A stretch of DNA of 64,000 nt from an uncultured Pseudobdellovibrionaceae bacterium. GTDB taxonomy: Bacteria; Bdellovibrionota; Bdellovibrionia; Bdellovibrionales; UBA1609. Positions 31,905-42,462 of this stretch are shown here, piece after piece. The position numbers were made by a program, and so were the translations under genes. Positions within the stretch are counted from its first letter, which is position 1. Each line of letters starts with the position of its first letter. The DNA lies in NCBI GenBank assembly GCA_963803705.1, contig CAWDNU010000003.1:32001-96000 (forward strand), given 5' to 3'. The notes under the pieces are model-generated. The model saw only the letters and a program-made list of their open reading frames with translations, was not told where the DNA came from and searched no databases.

Positions 31905-32338
31905 AGGGTTTCAGTAACGATAGACCTTACTATTCCCCAGATTTCAAAGTCCTGTTCATCAGGCCTAATAATGATGTCTTCGTATTTAATGCTTTCAGCT
32001 TTTAAAACTATATGGGTTCCAGTATTAAAGTACCTTTTAACTAAAAACTCATCATCGATTCTAACAACACAAATATGACCATTTCTTATATTAAGCGACC
32101 TATCTACAATCAGAATCGAGTTTTCAAAGATGCCCGCACCTATCATTGAATCCCCCTTTGCTCTCACTAAAAAGGTGCTAGAGGGTTTTTTTATTAATAG
32201 ATCATTTAGATCAATCGCAGAGTCTAAATAGTCATCAGCAGGAGACGGGAACCCACACGATACTTGAGATGCCACCACTTTTAAAAGAACAGAGGGCCCT
32301 ACTTTCAAATTTGAGAACATAATTGATAGAATCCCCAT
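31901..32338 (-). CDS. umuD: Polymerase V autoproteolytic subunit (S24)
   Basis: [22 protein letters not shown]. Confidence 0.95.
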   Translation of the reverse strand: MGILSIMFSNLKVGPSVLLKVVASQVSCGFPSPADDYLDSAIDLNDLLIKKPSSTFLVRAKGDSMIGAGIFENSILIVDRSLNIRNGHICVVRIDDEFLVKRYFNTGTHIVLKAESIKYEDIIIRPDEQDFEIWGIVRSIVTETL

Positions 32339-32433
32339 ATGTGTAAGTTATATGTAAGTATTTTATATGGGTAGGGAAAAACAAATAATGGTCTTGATTT
32401 TGAACATAAGAAGGGAAAAAGATTGTTAGAAAC

Positions 32434-32850
32434 TTGCAAAATGTTATATATATGTTACATTTGTATTATATAGCAACAAGGATTAACTTAGTGGCATCAG
32501 AAGACACTTTCACAGCATTGGTTCCTACACAGGTCGAAGAGCATGAAGATTACTTAGATTGGGAGGAAAAACTAGAAGGCGGTGCTGTCAAAAAAGTCCA
32601 TGCTGCAATTGAGAAAATTGAAATGGTGGGGATTATTACCGGTGCAAAGTCTTTAGGTGACGGATTATTTGAGAAAAAATGGAACAGCGGCTTAAGATTA
32701 TATTTCGCCGTTGTGATGGATGGTGACAACAAAACCCTACTAATTTTGGGCAGTAAAAAAGGCAAAGAACAACAGCGTGCAATTAACAAAGCAAAAATAA
32801 TTTTAAATAAATATGATGTTTTTAAAGGAAATATAAAAACTAAAAATTGA
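32434..32850 (+). CDS. RelE/HigB-like addiction-module toxin (start probably 32491)
   Basis: KSLGDGLFEKKW.SGLRLYFA..LLILGSKKGKEQQRAINKAK. Confidence 0.8.
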   Translation: MQNVIYMLHLYYIATRINLVASEDTFTALVPTQVEEHEDYLDWEEKLEGGAVKKVHAAIEKIEMVGIITGAKSLGDGLFEKKWNSGLRLYFAVVMDGDNKTLLILGSKKGKEQQRAINKAKIILNKYDVFKGNIKTKN

Positions 32851-32857
32851 GGCGAAT

Positions 32858-33184
32858 ATGATTCCATCAACACAAAAAGAAAATTTAAAGCAAGACAGAA
32901 AAAAAGGATTAAAGGCAAAATTCGGAGATCCAAAATATATTTTGGAGTCCATGGCAGATTTTTTATTGGATGGTGATGTGGCATCAATAACTGATCTTAT
33001 AGCTGCTTACGTTAGTAATTCAAAGAAATACAAAACACAGGAAAGTTTTGCAGAAACTATAGGAACGACAAGACAGACTCTTCACAGAATGCTAGCACAT
33101 AATGAAAATGTTGGAATACAAGTTTTCTTTTCTGCTATTGAACAAATTCATAAGGATTCTTTAAATAACAAAATAATATCGTAG
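32858..33184 (+). CDS. Addiction-module antidote (HTH)
   Basis: FAETIGTTRQTLHRMLA; downstream of the toxin. Confidence 0.75.
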   Translation: MIPSTQKENLKQDRKKGLKAKFGDPKYILESMADFLLDGDVASITDLIAAYVSNSKKYKTQESFAETIGTTRQTLHRMLAHNENVGIQVFFSAIEQIHKDSLNNKIIS

Positions 33185-33192
33185 AGGGTTAA

Positions 33193-33426
33193 ATGATAAA
33201 GTATATTAACGGAGTTTTAAGACTTAATGAGAATAATAGGTGGTGTGTTATTGACCCAGACACTAGAGAAGGTTTAATTGAGATTACTTCAGGTAATGTG
33301 GTTGAAATTTTTGAAAATAATGAGTGGATTTCTACAAGAATTGAATTCGATGGTTCGGAAAATAAATATTACTCAGTAGCGGGATTAAAATTGGACAAAG
33401 ATATGTCGGCCAGAATGAAAACTTAA
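33193..33426 (+). CDS. DUF5348-like small protein, copy 1
   Basis: GVLRLNENNRW...ITSG.VVEIF.NNEWISTRIEFD; paralog at 43369. Confidence 0.65.
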   Translation: MIKYINGVLRLNENNRWCVIDPDTREGLIEITSGNVVEIFENNEWISTRIEFDGSENKYYSVAGLKLDKDMSARMKT

Positions 33427-33448
33427 GAATAATTGAACTAACAATTAA

Positions 33449-33694
33449 CTAGCTATCGGAATTATTCAAAATTTTATCATCTGAATCTAGTAGGATTTTC
33501 ATAGCTTTTAGGTAGTTTTTCTCAAAGGATTCAGTTAGAGATTTCATAACTATACTAATAACTTGTTCTAAATTTTCTTCAGATTTCATTTTTTCATCAA
33601 TAGCAACTTGGGTACTCCCGTCGTCTGCTATGTAAACTCTAAATAGCTTGTTGTTACAAATTTTAAAATCAAATAAGACTAACCATTTACTCAA
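33449..33694 (-). CDS. Hypothetical protein
   Basis: 81-aa ORF; start uncertain. Confidence 0.4.
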   Translation of the reverse strand: MSKWLVLFDFKICNNKLFRVYIADDGSTQVAIDEKMKSEENLEQVISIVMKSLTESFEKNYLKAMKILLDSDDKILNNSDS

Positions 33695-33772
33695 AAAAAC
33701 TATCTACCATTGCCTCCCCTCTTCGGAAGACTTGGGCCAGATAAGATTTGTGATTTAAGACTCTAAAATAAT

Positions 33773-34492
33773 TTAGGACATTAAATTGTTAAATGGAACA
33801 AGGAGAGCTGCAGGGAGTTTACCGTCAGGACATACACCTGGCGAATTTACATTTACTGACTGAATTAAAATCTCATTTGTTTCTCTAACTTTTATTATAG
33901 TAAACACACTAGGAGTGTATCTGTTAAATTCAAAATTAAAATTCCCTTCACCTAAATTATCAATACTATCAATATTAGAAGTTCGAAAACCAATTTCTGG
34001 GTATCTGTCTGGGTTTTCTTCTGAGGGATATAATGTTTGATTCATAACACCCTGGTCACCATTAAAAGAATAATTATTAACTACAGATTGATTTGTAACG
34101 CCATCAAGATGTCTTGTGTTCCTAAACATATCAACTGTGAGCGCGCGTCCATTGCAATGAAATACTGTTTTCCAACTTTGCTCTTGTAATTTTGATTTCA
34201 AGGTTTCTAAATCCATATCTCGAACAACTTCAAAAGTAAGTCTTTCAGGCAAATGGTCTCTTACAGCATGTGGCTTGATCGGATAAAAAAACTCTTCTGC
34301 AGTGAAATTATATCTGGTTTGATTTTTTGGCCCTCCGCCTATACCAGGCAAAGTAATTACATTATTTGTTGGCTCAGATTCCGCTGTCTCATTTTGAGCC
34401 AATGTTAAGTTTGACCCAAATAAAGCGCTTGTGAAAAAACAGCAAATGAGAACATTTTTTACGACACTTGAATAATCTATAAACACTGACAT
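33773..34492 (-). CDS. Hypothetical secreted protein
   Basis: Signal-like N-terminus; sigma-54-like motif upstream. Confidence 0.7.
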   Translation of the reverse strand: MSVFIDYSSVVKNVLICCFFTSALFGSNLTLAQNETAESEPTNNVITLPGIGGGPKNQTRYNFTAEEFFYPIKPHAVRDHLPERLTFEVVRDMDLETLKSKLQEQSWKTVFHCNGRALTVDMFRNTRHLDGVTNQSVVNNYSFNGDQGVMNQTLYPSEENPDRYPEIGFRTSNIDSIDNLGEGNFNFEFNRYTPSVFTIIKVRETNEILIQSVNVNSPGVCPDGKLPAALLVPFNNLMS

Positions 34493-34530
34493 AAGTTATA
34501 TCCTTTTTTTAAAATATTTGAATTAAACAT

Positions 34531-34546
34531 TGCACTTATGGTGCCA
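34531..34546 (-). promoter_or_regulatory. Putative sigma-54 promoter
   Basis: TGGCACCATAAGTGCA on the minus strand, 40 bp upstream of 34492. Confidence 0.55.
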
Positions 34547-34582
34547 GTTAACATTTAATAAAATAGGATAATAGATCCACCC

Positions 34583-34610
34583 ATTTAGCATAATGTATTT
34601 TAAGCCAAAG
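34583..34610. other. dif-like site S4
   Basis: Minus strand CTTTGGCTTAA-AATACA-TTATGCTAAAT; the right arm is 10/11 to the E. coli XerD arm TTATGTTAAAT. Confidence 0.5.
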
Positions 34611-34692
34611 ACCTAAATTTTATAAAATTTTAACTTCTATACCGCCGCAATCTAAATGCCTTAAATAAAATAGAATCATCTTGCTGTTAAAT

Positions 34693-35358
34693 TTAAGTTT
34701 TTAGCTCCCTAACTAAGGAGTGTTTGAAATCATGATTTTCATGATTATTTGCTAGAAACCCGTATGCCTTTTTTTCGCTTGTGAGACCTTCAAGCCAAGT
34801 CCTTGAATTTTCTGTGTTTAAAAAAATGGGCATGCGGTCATGACCAACCTTTTTAATATATGAAGTGGGGTCGGTGGTAAGGATTGCAAAAGAATTTAGA
34901 GTTTCTGTATCCCCTTTCCACTGTGAATAAATTCCTGCGGCATATAAAGTTATACCTTTTTCTTCAGAAAAATTAACTTCGTGGCCCTTAGCTGAACCTT
35001 CTCTACAGCTTTCAAAAAAGCTTGCTATTGGGACTACACAGTTGTGCGAATTAAATGAATCGCGCCATGTTGGAACTTCATAAATCTTTTCAAACTTTCC
35101 GTTTTTTGGATTTGTCCTATTTAACCTGGCGTTGTAGGTGCTCCATTTCACTTTCTTGGTCTTAGCCCACTGGGGTGTAAGTGAAAAGGTCATATGATCT
35201 AGTTTAGCTATATTTCCATTTTTTCGTAGAACCACAGATTCTTCATGTGGAAAAACTCTGTTTTGATACTTACAAAGTATATTTTCGTCTGAATCCTGAA
35301 GCTCGAAATCGCTTTTTAACTTTCGCCAATCCTGAGCCACCATTATTGAGTAACACAT
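34693..35358 (-). CDS. SOS response-associated peptidase (SRAP/YedK/HMCES)
   Basis: N-terminal MC, YNARL, FFE, AGIY, HDRMP. Confidence 0.9.
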   Translation of the reverse strand: MCYSIMVAQDWRKLKSDFELQDSDENILCKYQNRVFPHEESVVLRKNGNIAKLDHMTFSLTPQWAKTKKVKWSTYNARLNRTNPKNGKFEKIYEVPTWRDSFNSHNCVVPIASFFESCREGSAKGHEVNFSEEKGITLYAAGIYSQWKGDTETLNSFAILTTDPTSYIKKVGHDRMPIFLNTENSRTWLEGLTSEKKAYGFLANNHENHDFKHSLVRELKT

Positions 35359-35558
35359 TGTCTAACCTCGAATTTGAGACTTATTTGAAATCTAACACTA
35401 CTACCTAACAAGTAGCTGATCCTTAAATAAATCAGAATATCATCAAAAAAATAGAACTTCGTTTTCAAATAGATAATGCTCTTTTTAAAATCCTTTACTT
35501 AGCTTTTTAGGGCATCCATATACAAAATAATTTACAGAGCCGAATTAAAGCAAAAACC

Positions 35559-36053
35559 TTACACAGCTCTTGCTAAATAAGAGTTGGATTTTCTACTAAT
35601 AAAAATTCTATCATAGCTCAAAGCTTCTGATTCGTGAGCAAGAACATCGATCACATCACTATAGTCATCGTCATTTCTAATAGCAGCAATAGCCAAACGA
35701 ACTTTTAAATCAAGCTTTTCATTTACAGGAGATTCTTTACCTTCAGCGCGATATAGTGTTTCGGGTTCGATGCGTATAATAGCCGAAAACTTTTTAGCGC
35801 TATAGCCTTTATGTGTTCGAAGAAACCTAATCTCTTTACCAGTTAAAGATTCATCTTTTTTCAACAAGGTCTTAGCAATAACTTGATTAATTTTTTCTAA
35901 ATCACCGTATTGGGTATATTCTTCGCCGCAATTATCACAAGTATGTACGGTTGCGCCTTCAATAGTAATATTGTCTAATCCACTCAGAGAATACTTAATA
36001 TTTCTCTTTTCTGATTTTAGAGCTTTTTTACTGTCGCATACTGAACATTTCAT
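35559..36053 (-). CDS. MqsA/YgiT-type Zn-finger HTH antitoxin
   Basis: CSVC...CDNCGE; LTGKEIRFLR HTH. Confidence 0.85.
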   Translation of the reverse strand: MKCSVCDSKKALKSEKRNIKYSLSGLDNITIEGATVHTCDNCGEEYTQYGDLEKINQVIAKTLLKKDESLTGKEIRFLRTHKGYSAKKFSAIIRIEPETLYRAEGKESPVNEKLDLKVRLAIAAIRNDDDYSDVIDVLAHESEALSYDRIFISRKSNSYLARAV

Positions 36054-36364
36054 TTTCTACTTCCTTTTTTTCTAATCACTGTAATGGCTATAATGTTTTT
36101 ATTAATATTGCATTCGAGTCTAAATTTGCTTGTTTCAATTCTGTAAACCCACCTATGACTCTTTTCATGTAATTCAGACCCAGTGCATTTCCCCAACTTA
36201 ATTATGTTAATTACATCGTTTAAAACGATATCTCTTTCAAGCATTCTAATTTCACAGTGCTTACTAATGATCAGACAACTACTGTTTTTTAAATATAGCG
36301 ATTTTATAATTTTCGTTGCTTCATTATTATTAAGTCTTTTATCGGATAAAACCAAAGATGACAT
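36050..36364 (-). CDS. DUF4258-like toxin
   Basis: SKHCEIRMLERDI..DVINII..G..RWVYR..ITVI; 4-bp overlap with the antitoxin. Confidence 0.75.
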   Translation of the reverse strand: MSSLVLSDKRLNNNEATKIIKSLYLKNSSCLIISKHCEIRMLERDIVLNDVINIIKLGKCTGSELHEKSHRWVYRIETSKFRLECNINKNIIAITVIRKKGSRK

Positions 36365-36877
36365 AAATACATTATATGATAAAATGTCATATTGTCAAAT
36401 ATTCTTGACACTTTAAACATAATCTCAATTTTGAGCCGATCCCTCGCTCTCAAAATAAGTCCCATTCTTGATGCCCCCTCTTGATTTAAGAACCAAATCG
36501 AATCAGATGAATACGTCTCTGTGGTCAGTTTTCCTTGGGAATTAACCGATGACAGAATCGCTTGGTAAGGACAAAAATACGCTCTATTTGTCTTTCCCAG
36601 GGTAAATTGACCTAGTTGGTCCCAAGTGATTCTGACAGCTTATCGGCGCCATAACCATATTATTTTAATACGAAATAAGAAAATTAAGGGCCTTGATTAG
36701 AAAGCTAGGTTTTATGAGTGACATTTTACGGCCTTAAGAATAGATGCTTAGTCAGGTTTAATGCGCTCAAATATGAATTAATACATTAATGGCATTCCTA
36801 AAATGAGTTCATTTATTGCAGAGATATAGTAGATATTGTTTTTTCAGTAATTATAATTAAAAGCGATCGAAGGGGAA

Positions 36878-37888
36878 ATGATGATTTCAAGAACAAAGAT
36901 AGCTGTTGCGTTCTTCTGTTTAATCAAAAGTAGCTTGTGTTTTTCATTCGAGTTTACAGAAGAGTATTTAGAAAGGGCTTTATCTGCATCTCAGCTAGAA
37001 CTAATGAAATCTATACCAAACACTGAGCTCATAAATCGCGATGAAATAAGCTTTGAATCGAGTACAGGCAGTGTATCCGCGTCAGTGATTCTTTTAAAAT
37101 ACTCAGCTCAAAATGAATATTTAGGCTATTGTTCTGCAGCTTTAATCTCTTCTAGACATGTATTAACAGCTAAACATTGCATGACAAACGCTGTAAATGA
37201 AAAAGTCTTTGTAGTTGATGACTCATACTTAAAGGGCAACCAAAATTCTCAAATGGCAAAAGTTATTGGTGTTACAGACAAATGTCAGCATCCTCAGTGG
37301 TGGTGCAGCCAGGGAAATAATTTATTGATAAGATCACAAATTAACAGGTTTCTAGAAACAGATTTCAGTGGAGAAGACGTTGTAATACTACACCTAGATC
37401 TTGAAATTACTTCTTCTGATGGATATTTTAAGCTTCCTGATGAAAATACCACCTTTGAAGGCATTAAGCTTTCTATGGCCGGTCTTCCAAGTTACGCTAT
37501 AAACCTTCAAGGGAATTGGGATGTCAAATATGTGAGCCAACCGGTCTGCGACCTCGTTTCAACAACCGATGACGTGCTAATCACTAACTGTATTCCTGCT
37601 GGTGGACTCTCAGGAAGTCCTATTTTTTACAGGGATGGGTCCGATTTGGTTCTACTGGGGATAATCTCTTCACATATTCAAATTGAATCTTCTACACACC
37701 CAGGGGTATCTCTTAATGGAACGCGAGCAGCTGCCGTTTACAAAATTGATTTTATTAAAGATTTTATCGAAGCACCTTCACCGCCGGTTTGCAATTACCC
37801 TGCGAGTCTATGCCCATTTGAAGATCACTCCTACTGTAGCGAGCAAATAGAAGATTACAGAACTAGGAATTGCCCACAGTCTAAATAA
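36878..37888 (+). CDS. Secreted trypsin-like serine protease
   Basis: Signal peptide; LTAKHC, EDVVIL, GLSGSP. Confidence 0.85.
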   Translation: MMISRTKIAVAFFCLIKSSLCFSFEFTEEYLERALSASQLELMKSIPNTELINRDEISFESSTGSVSASVILLKYSAQNEYLGYCSAALISSRHVLTAKHCMTNAVNEKVFVVDDSYLKGNQNSQMAKVIGVTDKCQHPQWWCSQGNNLLIRSQINRFLETDFSGEDVVILHLDLEITSSDGYFKLPDENTTFEGIKLSMAGLPSYAINLQGNWDVKYVSQPVCDLVSTTDDVLITNCIPAGGLSGSPIFYRDGSDLVLLGIISSHIQIESSTHPGVSLNGTRAAAVYKIDFIKDFIEAPSPPVCNYPASLCPFEDHSYCSEQIEDYRTRNCPQSK

Positions 37889-37899
37889 TTCTAGGTAAA

Positions 37900-37984
37900 A
37901 CCCCTAGTGATTAATGAAAAAATTTTTAAATTCAATGAGCCTTTCTGCGAAAAAGGGCTTTCTATTTTTTGATGATTAAGTCTG
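37900..37984 (+). repeat. ~85-bp repeat copy B / terminator
   Basis: ctagtgattaat...caatgagcctttctgcgaaaaagggctttct...aagtct. Confidence 0.85.
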
Positions 37985-38186
37985 TGATATAAAAAGAAAG
38001 ATGAATAAAACCTACATATGAAACATAACTGTGGGATCTCTAGTTTTTAATCGGCCTGGTCGATAAAAATACTCTCCTTGAAGAGGTTTTCTAAACTTTA
38101 AACTTTTTAAATGCAAACTTAAATTTAAATATTAGTTGGATTTCAGCATTTATTACTTACCAACCCAAAAAAACACCTCTGAAAGT

Positions 38187-38492
38187 TTATGCAAATTTTT
38201 GTGCTAGCTTTTCAATTTTCCTAATTTCAGCTGTTTTATCCCAATTACCATTAGGAAATAATATATCACTAGGGTGAACACCTAGAGCCGCAGCTAGCAA
38301 ACCAGCTCGTCTAATACCTAAATCTATCTTATCATTTTCTATAGACGATAAATGAGTAATAGATATTGAAGTTAACTCTTCTACATCTTTAAGAGTGAAG
38401 CCCCTTGCTTTTCTAAATGCTTTAATCATTTGACCCACACTATAGGGCTTACTATCTATATCGAGTAAAACATCTGACATTTTTTTTCCCAT
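38187..38492 (-). CDS. XRE HTH antitoxin
   Basis: IKAFRKARGFTLKDVEELTSISITHLSSIEN. Confidence 0.85.
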   Translation of the reverse strand: MGKKMSDVLLDIDSKPYSVGQMIKAFRKARGFTLKDVEELTSISITHLSSIENDKIDLGIRRAGLLAAALGVHPSDILFPNGNWDKTAEIRKIEKLAQKFA

Positions 38493-38494
38493 AC

Positions 38495-38809
38495 CTACCT
38501 CTTATAATTATGATCTGTAGTAATTTTGACTACAGAAACTATTAGTTTTTGATCGACAATTTTATAAATAATTCTTCCCACTTTACTAAAGCTTGAAGAC
38601 CTGTGCCCGGACCAATCATCATAGAGAGCATGGTCATGCCAAAAACTACTTTCAAATAAAGCATCAGGTCCCCTGGTTTCAATGATTTCTATCCATTTCA
38701 AAATAATTTTATTATCGTCCCTAGTAAGTAATCCTTCTTTAATAAGTCTGCGATATGTTTTTTCTACATCAGCATTTTCAAATTCAACTACCCAGTTCAT
38801 TTTACTCAA
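38495..38809 (-). CDS. RelE/YafQ-like mRNA interferase toxin
   Basis: WHDHALYDDWSGHRSSSFSKVGRIIYKI...HNY. Confidence 0.8.
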   Translation of the reverse strand: MSKMNWVVEFENADVEKTYRRLIKEGLLTRDDNKIILKWIEIIETRGPDALFESSFWHDHALYDDWSGHRSSSFSKVGRIIYKIVDQKLIVSVVKITTDHNYKR

Positions 38810-39077
38810 AGCTGAAATCCTTATATGTTACTAATTATAGTAACTTACTTTAAATAGTAAGTAAAGTAAATTTTTGCTTTTCTTGCAAATCAAGGAACAA
38901 TGATGGTTCTAATGAATAGTATAAACTCCACACAATTCGTTCTATTTTGGGGCGTAAAAAACCATGCTACCACGAACAAAAAATATACGTATTATTATGA
39001 AATAGTTGTAAAAATTCTAGTTATTTCAAATATTTTTGAAGTAGTAATTCAGGCACATTTATTGTAAGTATGTTCTT

Positions 39078-40064
39078 ATGAATTTTATTATCATGATCTC
39101 AATATTGGTTTTAGCTCAAATGTCACAAGCGATGTCTGCTGGAGTGAAATCTACAGAGGCTGGTATTTGCTCTGGCTGTTTTGATGCTAGACCAGCGGTA
39201 AGACAAATAAGTAGGCTTCCTGCACTTAATCAAGATGTTGAAAAAATTTATACTGCCTCCTACTTTTCCGACAATGGGGACCGGGAAGCATTAGCTAGGT
39301 TAAGAGCTAAAAACCCCAGTGAACTTACAATGGAAGAAAAAGCAATCTTACAAGCTGCAAATAGAGTAGGATTTGTTAGTTTACCTGGCTGTAAATCAGG
39401 AAGTAATGCGGTTTTAGTTAATATTAATGGTAGAGACGCAATTGTAACTTCAGGTCATTTAGTGATTGATAATAAATTTGGATTACCTAAGTGTTCAGCA
39501 GAAGAAAAGGCTTACTATTATCCGAATGCTAGTTACTATTCATCAGCAGATAAAAACAACCCGATGCTTATGCAGAAAATTTTATTGGAACCAAATCCAA
39601 TTAATTTTGAAAATCATGCTAGTTACAAAACCAAGACTGATAAAGATTTTTTAATCTATTATTTAACTGAAAACATTTCAGACAAGTCCATGCCAGCAGG
39701 AACATATCTGGCTGGTCAAAACAGGGGATCTATACCTTTTTCAACTCAAAGAGAAAGAACTGGAACAGCTTACATAATTGGGTTTGATAATAGATATGAC
39801 AAAGAGTACGGAAGACAAATGAGCTATCAAGCATGTCAGTATGAACAATCGACAAGAAGACTTGGTTACTTTTATCATACTTGCGATACTACTTACGGTT
39901 CTAGCGGATCTCTAATGGGGACAATTGAGAGTGGTGAAATAACATTACAAGCTATAAACAGTGATAGTTCAGAAGATCACGATAAGCCTGTGCCAAAAGA
40001 AAGTATATCTTGGAACGGTAGCACCTCAAGCGATCCAATACTTAGATCAATTCCACAAAACTAA
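39078..40064 (+). CDS. Secreted trypsin-like serine protease
   Basis: Signal peptide; VTSGH, KDF, HTCDTTYGSSGS. Confidence 0.8.
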   Translation: MNFIIMISILVLAQMSQAMSAGVKSTEAGICSGCFDARPAVRQISRLPALNQDVEKIYTASYFSDNGDREALARLRAKNPSELTMEEKAILQAANRVGFVSLPGCKSGSNAVLVNINGRDAIVTSGHLVIDNKFGLPKCSAEEKAYYYPNASYYSSADKNNPMLMQKILLEPNPINFENHASYKTKTDKDFLIYYLTENISDKSMPAGTYLAGQNRGSIPFSTQRERTGTAYIIGFDNRYDKEYGRQMSYQACQYEQSTRRLGYFYHTCDTTYGSSGSLMGTIESGEITLQAINSDSSEDHDKPVPKESISWNGSTSSDPILRSIPQN

Positions 40065-40162
40065 TTTGAAACAATGTATTAAATGTTTCTTAAATTTCCC
40101 ATTATCAAACGAAAATCGATCTAAACCTAGCCTCAAAGCTGAGATTCTGCCGATAAGCTTTT

Positions 40163-41962
40163 ATGAATTTTTTAGCTATTTCTTTCACTCTTTTAATAGG
40201 CTTTAATGCTTATTCCAATGATGCCCCAATTGAAGCTGTATCAGAATGTAGAACGCACCACATAGAAAACAATTGCGAAGAAAATGAAGATGTAGCAAAA
40301 GCAAAGGCCATCGGCTCTGTTAAAACTGAATTTGATCAGTTAGCGAATGCTAAGGAATTAGCAGTTTCAAATTCTTGTGATGCAATATTAAATCAAGTCT
40401 TAATTGACTGTGATTCAAGTGTTTTTTCTGAGCGGCAAAAAAATATCGATGACCTTGTTGGTTCTTTTTCTGCCTTAGAACAGAAGAAAAATGATATCTA
40501 CAGATCAAGGGCGCCTGATTCAGAGTCTAGAACTAAGTCTGTTGTAGAAATTATATCAGAACTCAAATCTTTAAGTGTAACATTAGGTGATCTGTCAGAT
40601 GAAATGGATAACTTAAAAAGTATTTGTGACAAGCAACGTGATCAAGTAAAGCAAGATTGTTCAAGACCTACTGTTAAAGCCACTGAAATTAATAACAAAT
40701 TAGTTTCTGAAGGTGACGCTATAGCACAGGCACGAATCGCAAATGACATTGTACTTAAGGTTGGCAATATTTCGCAGGGTGGCATGGATAAAGTTGATCG
40801 AACTCAAAAAGAAACAACTGAAGTTTATAGAACTGCTTCAGATATCACAAACACAGCCATAGGTAGATCGGAAAATTATCAGTACCAAATAAGAGAAACG
40901 ATAAGAAGTCTTAACGGTTTAGTAACAGACAACAATGACGATTGTGATGCTTCAGCCATGGGCGGCTGTGAAGAAGGACTAGAAATAAAACAGGAACCAG
41001 AGCCTGAGATTGAAGTAGTTGAAACTTGCACTGACCCTAATGGATGCACTGGTGAAAAACCTGAAATCGAAACTGAAACTACCCATGTAGCTGCGAGTTC
41101 AAGTGCAGGGCAAAAAACTACAGAAGGGCTATCAGGTGAAGAGTTAATTTCTGATGCAAATTCAAAAGCATATGGGACAACGACTAATGCTTCTGCTGAT
41201 AGAAATAGTTCTCAAGAAACTTCAGGTAATGGATTTGCTGGAGGAATAAACTCAGCAGCAGGTGGTTTAGGTGGCCTTGGTTCAATCTTTGGCAAAACCG
41301 GCGGTGGCTTTGGACAAGAGGGTTATAGCAACCCATCAAATCCAAGATATCAAGGTTCGAATTATTCTAATTACAATAGTCCAAATCAAAATCAAGCTTC
41401 TCAAAACTTTAAGCCCAACTATGATAATAACAGATTAAAAAACCCTAGCTCCAATTCTCAAAACACCCCCAATTTTGGTGGTGGCAACTATGCAAATAGC
41501 GCCAACCGGTCAGCACCAGTTGGTGGCGGACAAGGTGCAGGTGGTCTTCAGGGATCAAGCGCTCCGACATCTAAAAGCAGTAGTCGTAAACCAGGACTAC
41601 TCAGCCGGTTGTTTGGTAAGAAAAAAGATAAGACCCTTTTTGGAAAAACTGACAGTTCTGCTCGCGGTGGTAGTTTTAAATCCAGGTCAAACAGATCTAG
41701 CAGCAGAACTAATTCAAACCTTAATAGTGAAAATCAGTTTAACCCTAGTAACTCTTCACAAAGAAGATTTGATGCAAGTAAATACGAGCCTTCTAAAGCG
41801 GCCTCTGCACGAGCTTACGCAAGAGCTACAGGTAGAAAAATTGCTTCACAAGCTCCACAACCTGAGATCTTTGTATGGCCAGATGATATTAGTAAAAATA
41901 GAAATGCCAATATGTTTTCAAAAGTCCGAATTTCTCACAAGGTTCATGTAAGCCCTAGATAA
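40163..41962 (+). CDS. Secreted protein with a Cys-containing coiled N-half and a G/S/N-rich low-complexity C-half
   Basis: Signal peptide; amino acid composition. Confidence 0.75.
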   Translation: MNFLAISFTLLIGFNAYSNDAPIEAVSECRTHHIENNCEENEDVAKAKAIGSVKTEFDQLANAKELAVSNSCDAILNQVLIDCDSSVFSERQKNIDDLVGSFSALEQKKNDIYRSRAPDSESRTKSVVEIISELKSLSVTLGDLSDEMDNLKSICDKQRDQVKQDCSRPTVKATEINNKLVSEGDAIAQARIANDIVLKVGNISQGGMDKVDRTQKETTEVYRTASDITNTAIGRSENYQYQIRETIRSLNGLVTDNNDDCDASAMGGCEEGLEIKQEPEPEIEVVETCTDPNGCTGEKPEIETETTHVAASSSAGQKTTEGLSGEELISDANSKAYGTTTNASADRNSSQETSGNGFAGGINSAAGGLGGLGSIFGKTGGGFGQEGYSNPSNPRYQGSNYSNYNSPNQNQASQNFKPNYDNNRLKNPSSNSQNTPNFGGGNYANSANRSAPVGGGQGAGGLQGSSAPTSKSSSRKPGLLSRLFGKKKDKTLFGKTDSSARGGSFKSRSNRSSSRTNSNLNSENQFNPSNSSQRRFDASKYEPSKAASARAYARATGRKIASQAPQPEIFVWPDDISKNRNANMFSKVRISHKVHVSPR

Positions 41963-42129
41963 ATTCTTTAGATTATTGTTTAATGTTCAGCTCTGCCATG
42001 ACCACCTTAGCTTAACCTTAAAAGGCAGTTCTGGCTTAGATATTGCCTATTTTAGTGTGTAAAATTTGAACGTTGGCTGAACATCATTCTATCCGCATTA
42101 AGCATCACAATATTTGTTAGCTGCTAGCT

Positions 42130-42462
42130 CTATGAAAGAATTAGCTTTCGGAAAACCTCTGGAGTAGTTTTTTTAGCTATTTCTAGCATTCTCAATGATG
42201 AGGGTAAAATTTTTGGCTTTCCTGCCTGCTCCCAAGCCTTAAATGTTTTGTCATTTACACCCAAGAACAAAGCAAAAACAGGCTGAGATAAGTTGTGCTT
42301 TTCTCTAATCTTTTTAATCTCTTTTGAGGTCATAGGCTTGGGCATCTCTGGCAACTCCAAGTAGGAGGTCTTAAGCGTTATCTTGCCATCGTGGTGGTCG
42401 TTAGCAGACTTTAATGCACCCAATAGCTCATCTTCAAAGCTAAATTCTTTAGTTTTTTTCAT
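42130..42462 (-). CDS. HigA-like HTH antitoxin
   Basis: IKKIREKHNLSQPVFALFLGV..KTFKAWEQ. Confidence 0.88.
   Translation of the reverse strand: MKKTKEFSFEDELLGALKSANDHHDGKITLKTSYLELPEMPKPMTSKEIKKIREKHNLSQPVFALFLGVNDKTFKAWEQAGKPKILPSSLRMLEIAKKTTPEVFRKLILS

Noticed and set aside
36412..36439. TTTAAACATAA-TCTCAA-TTTTGAGCCGA as a dif-like site
   Set aside because: Only one plausible arm; too weak in AT-rich DNA
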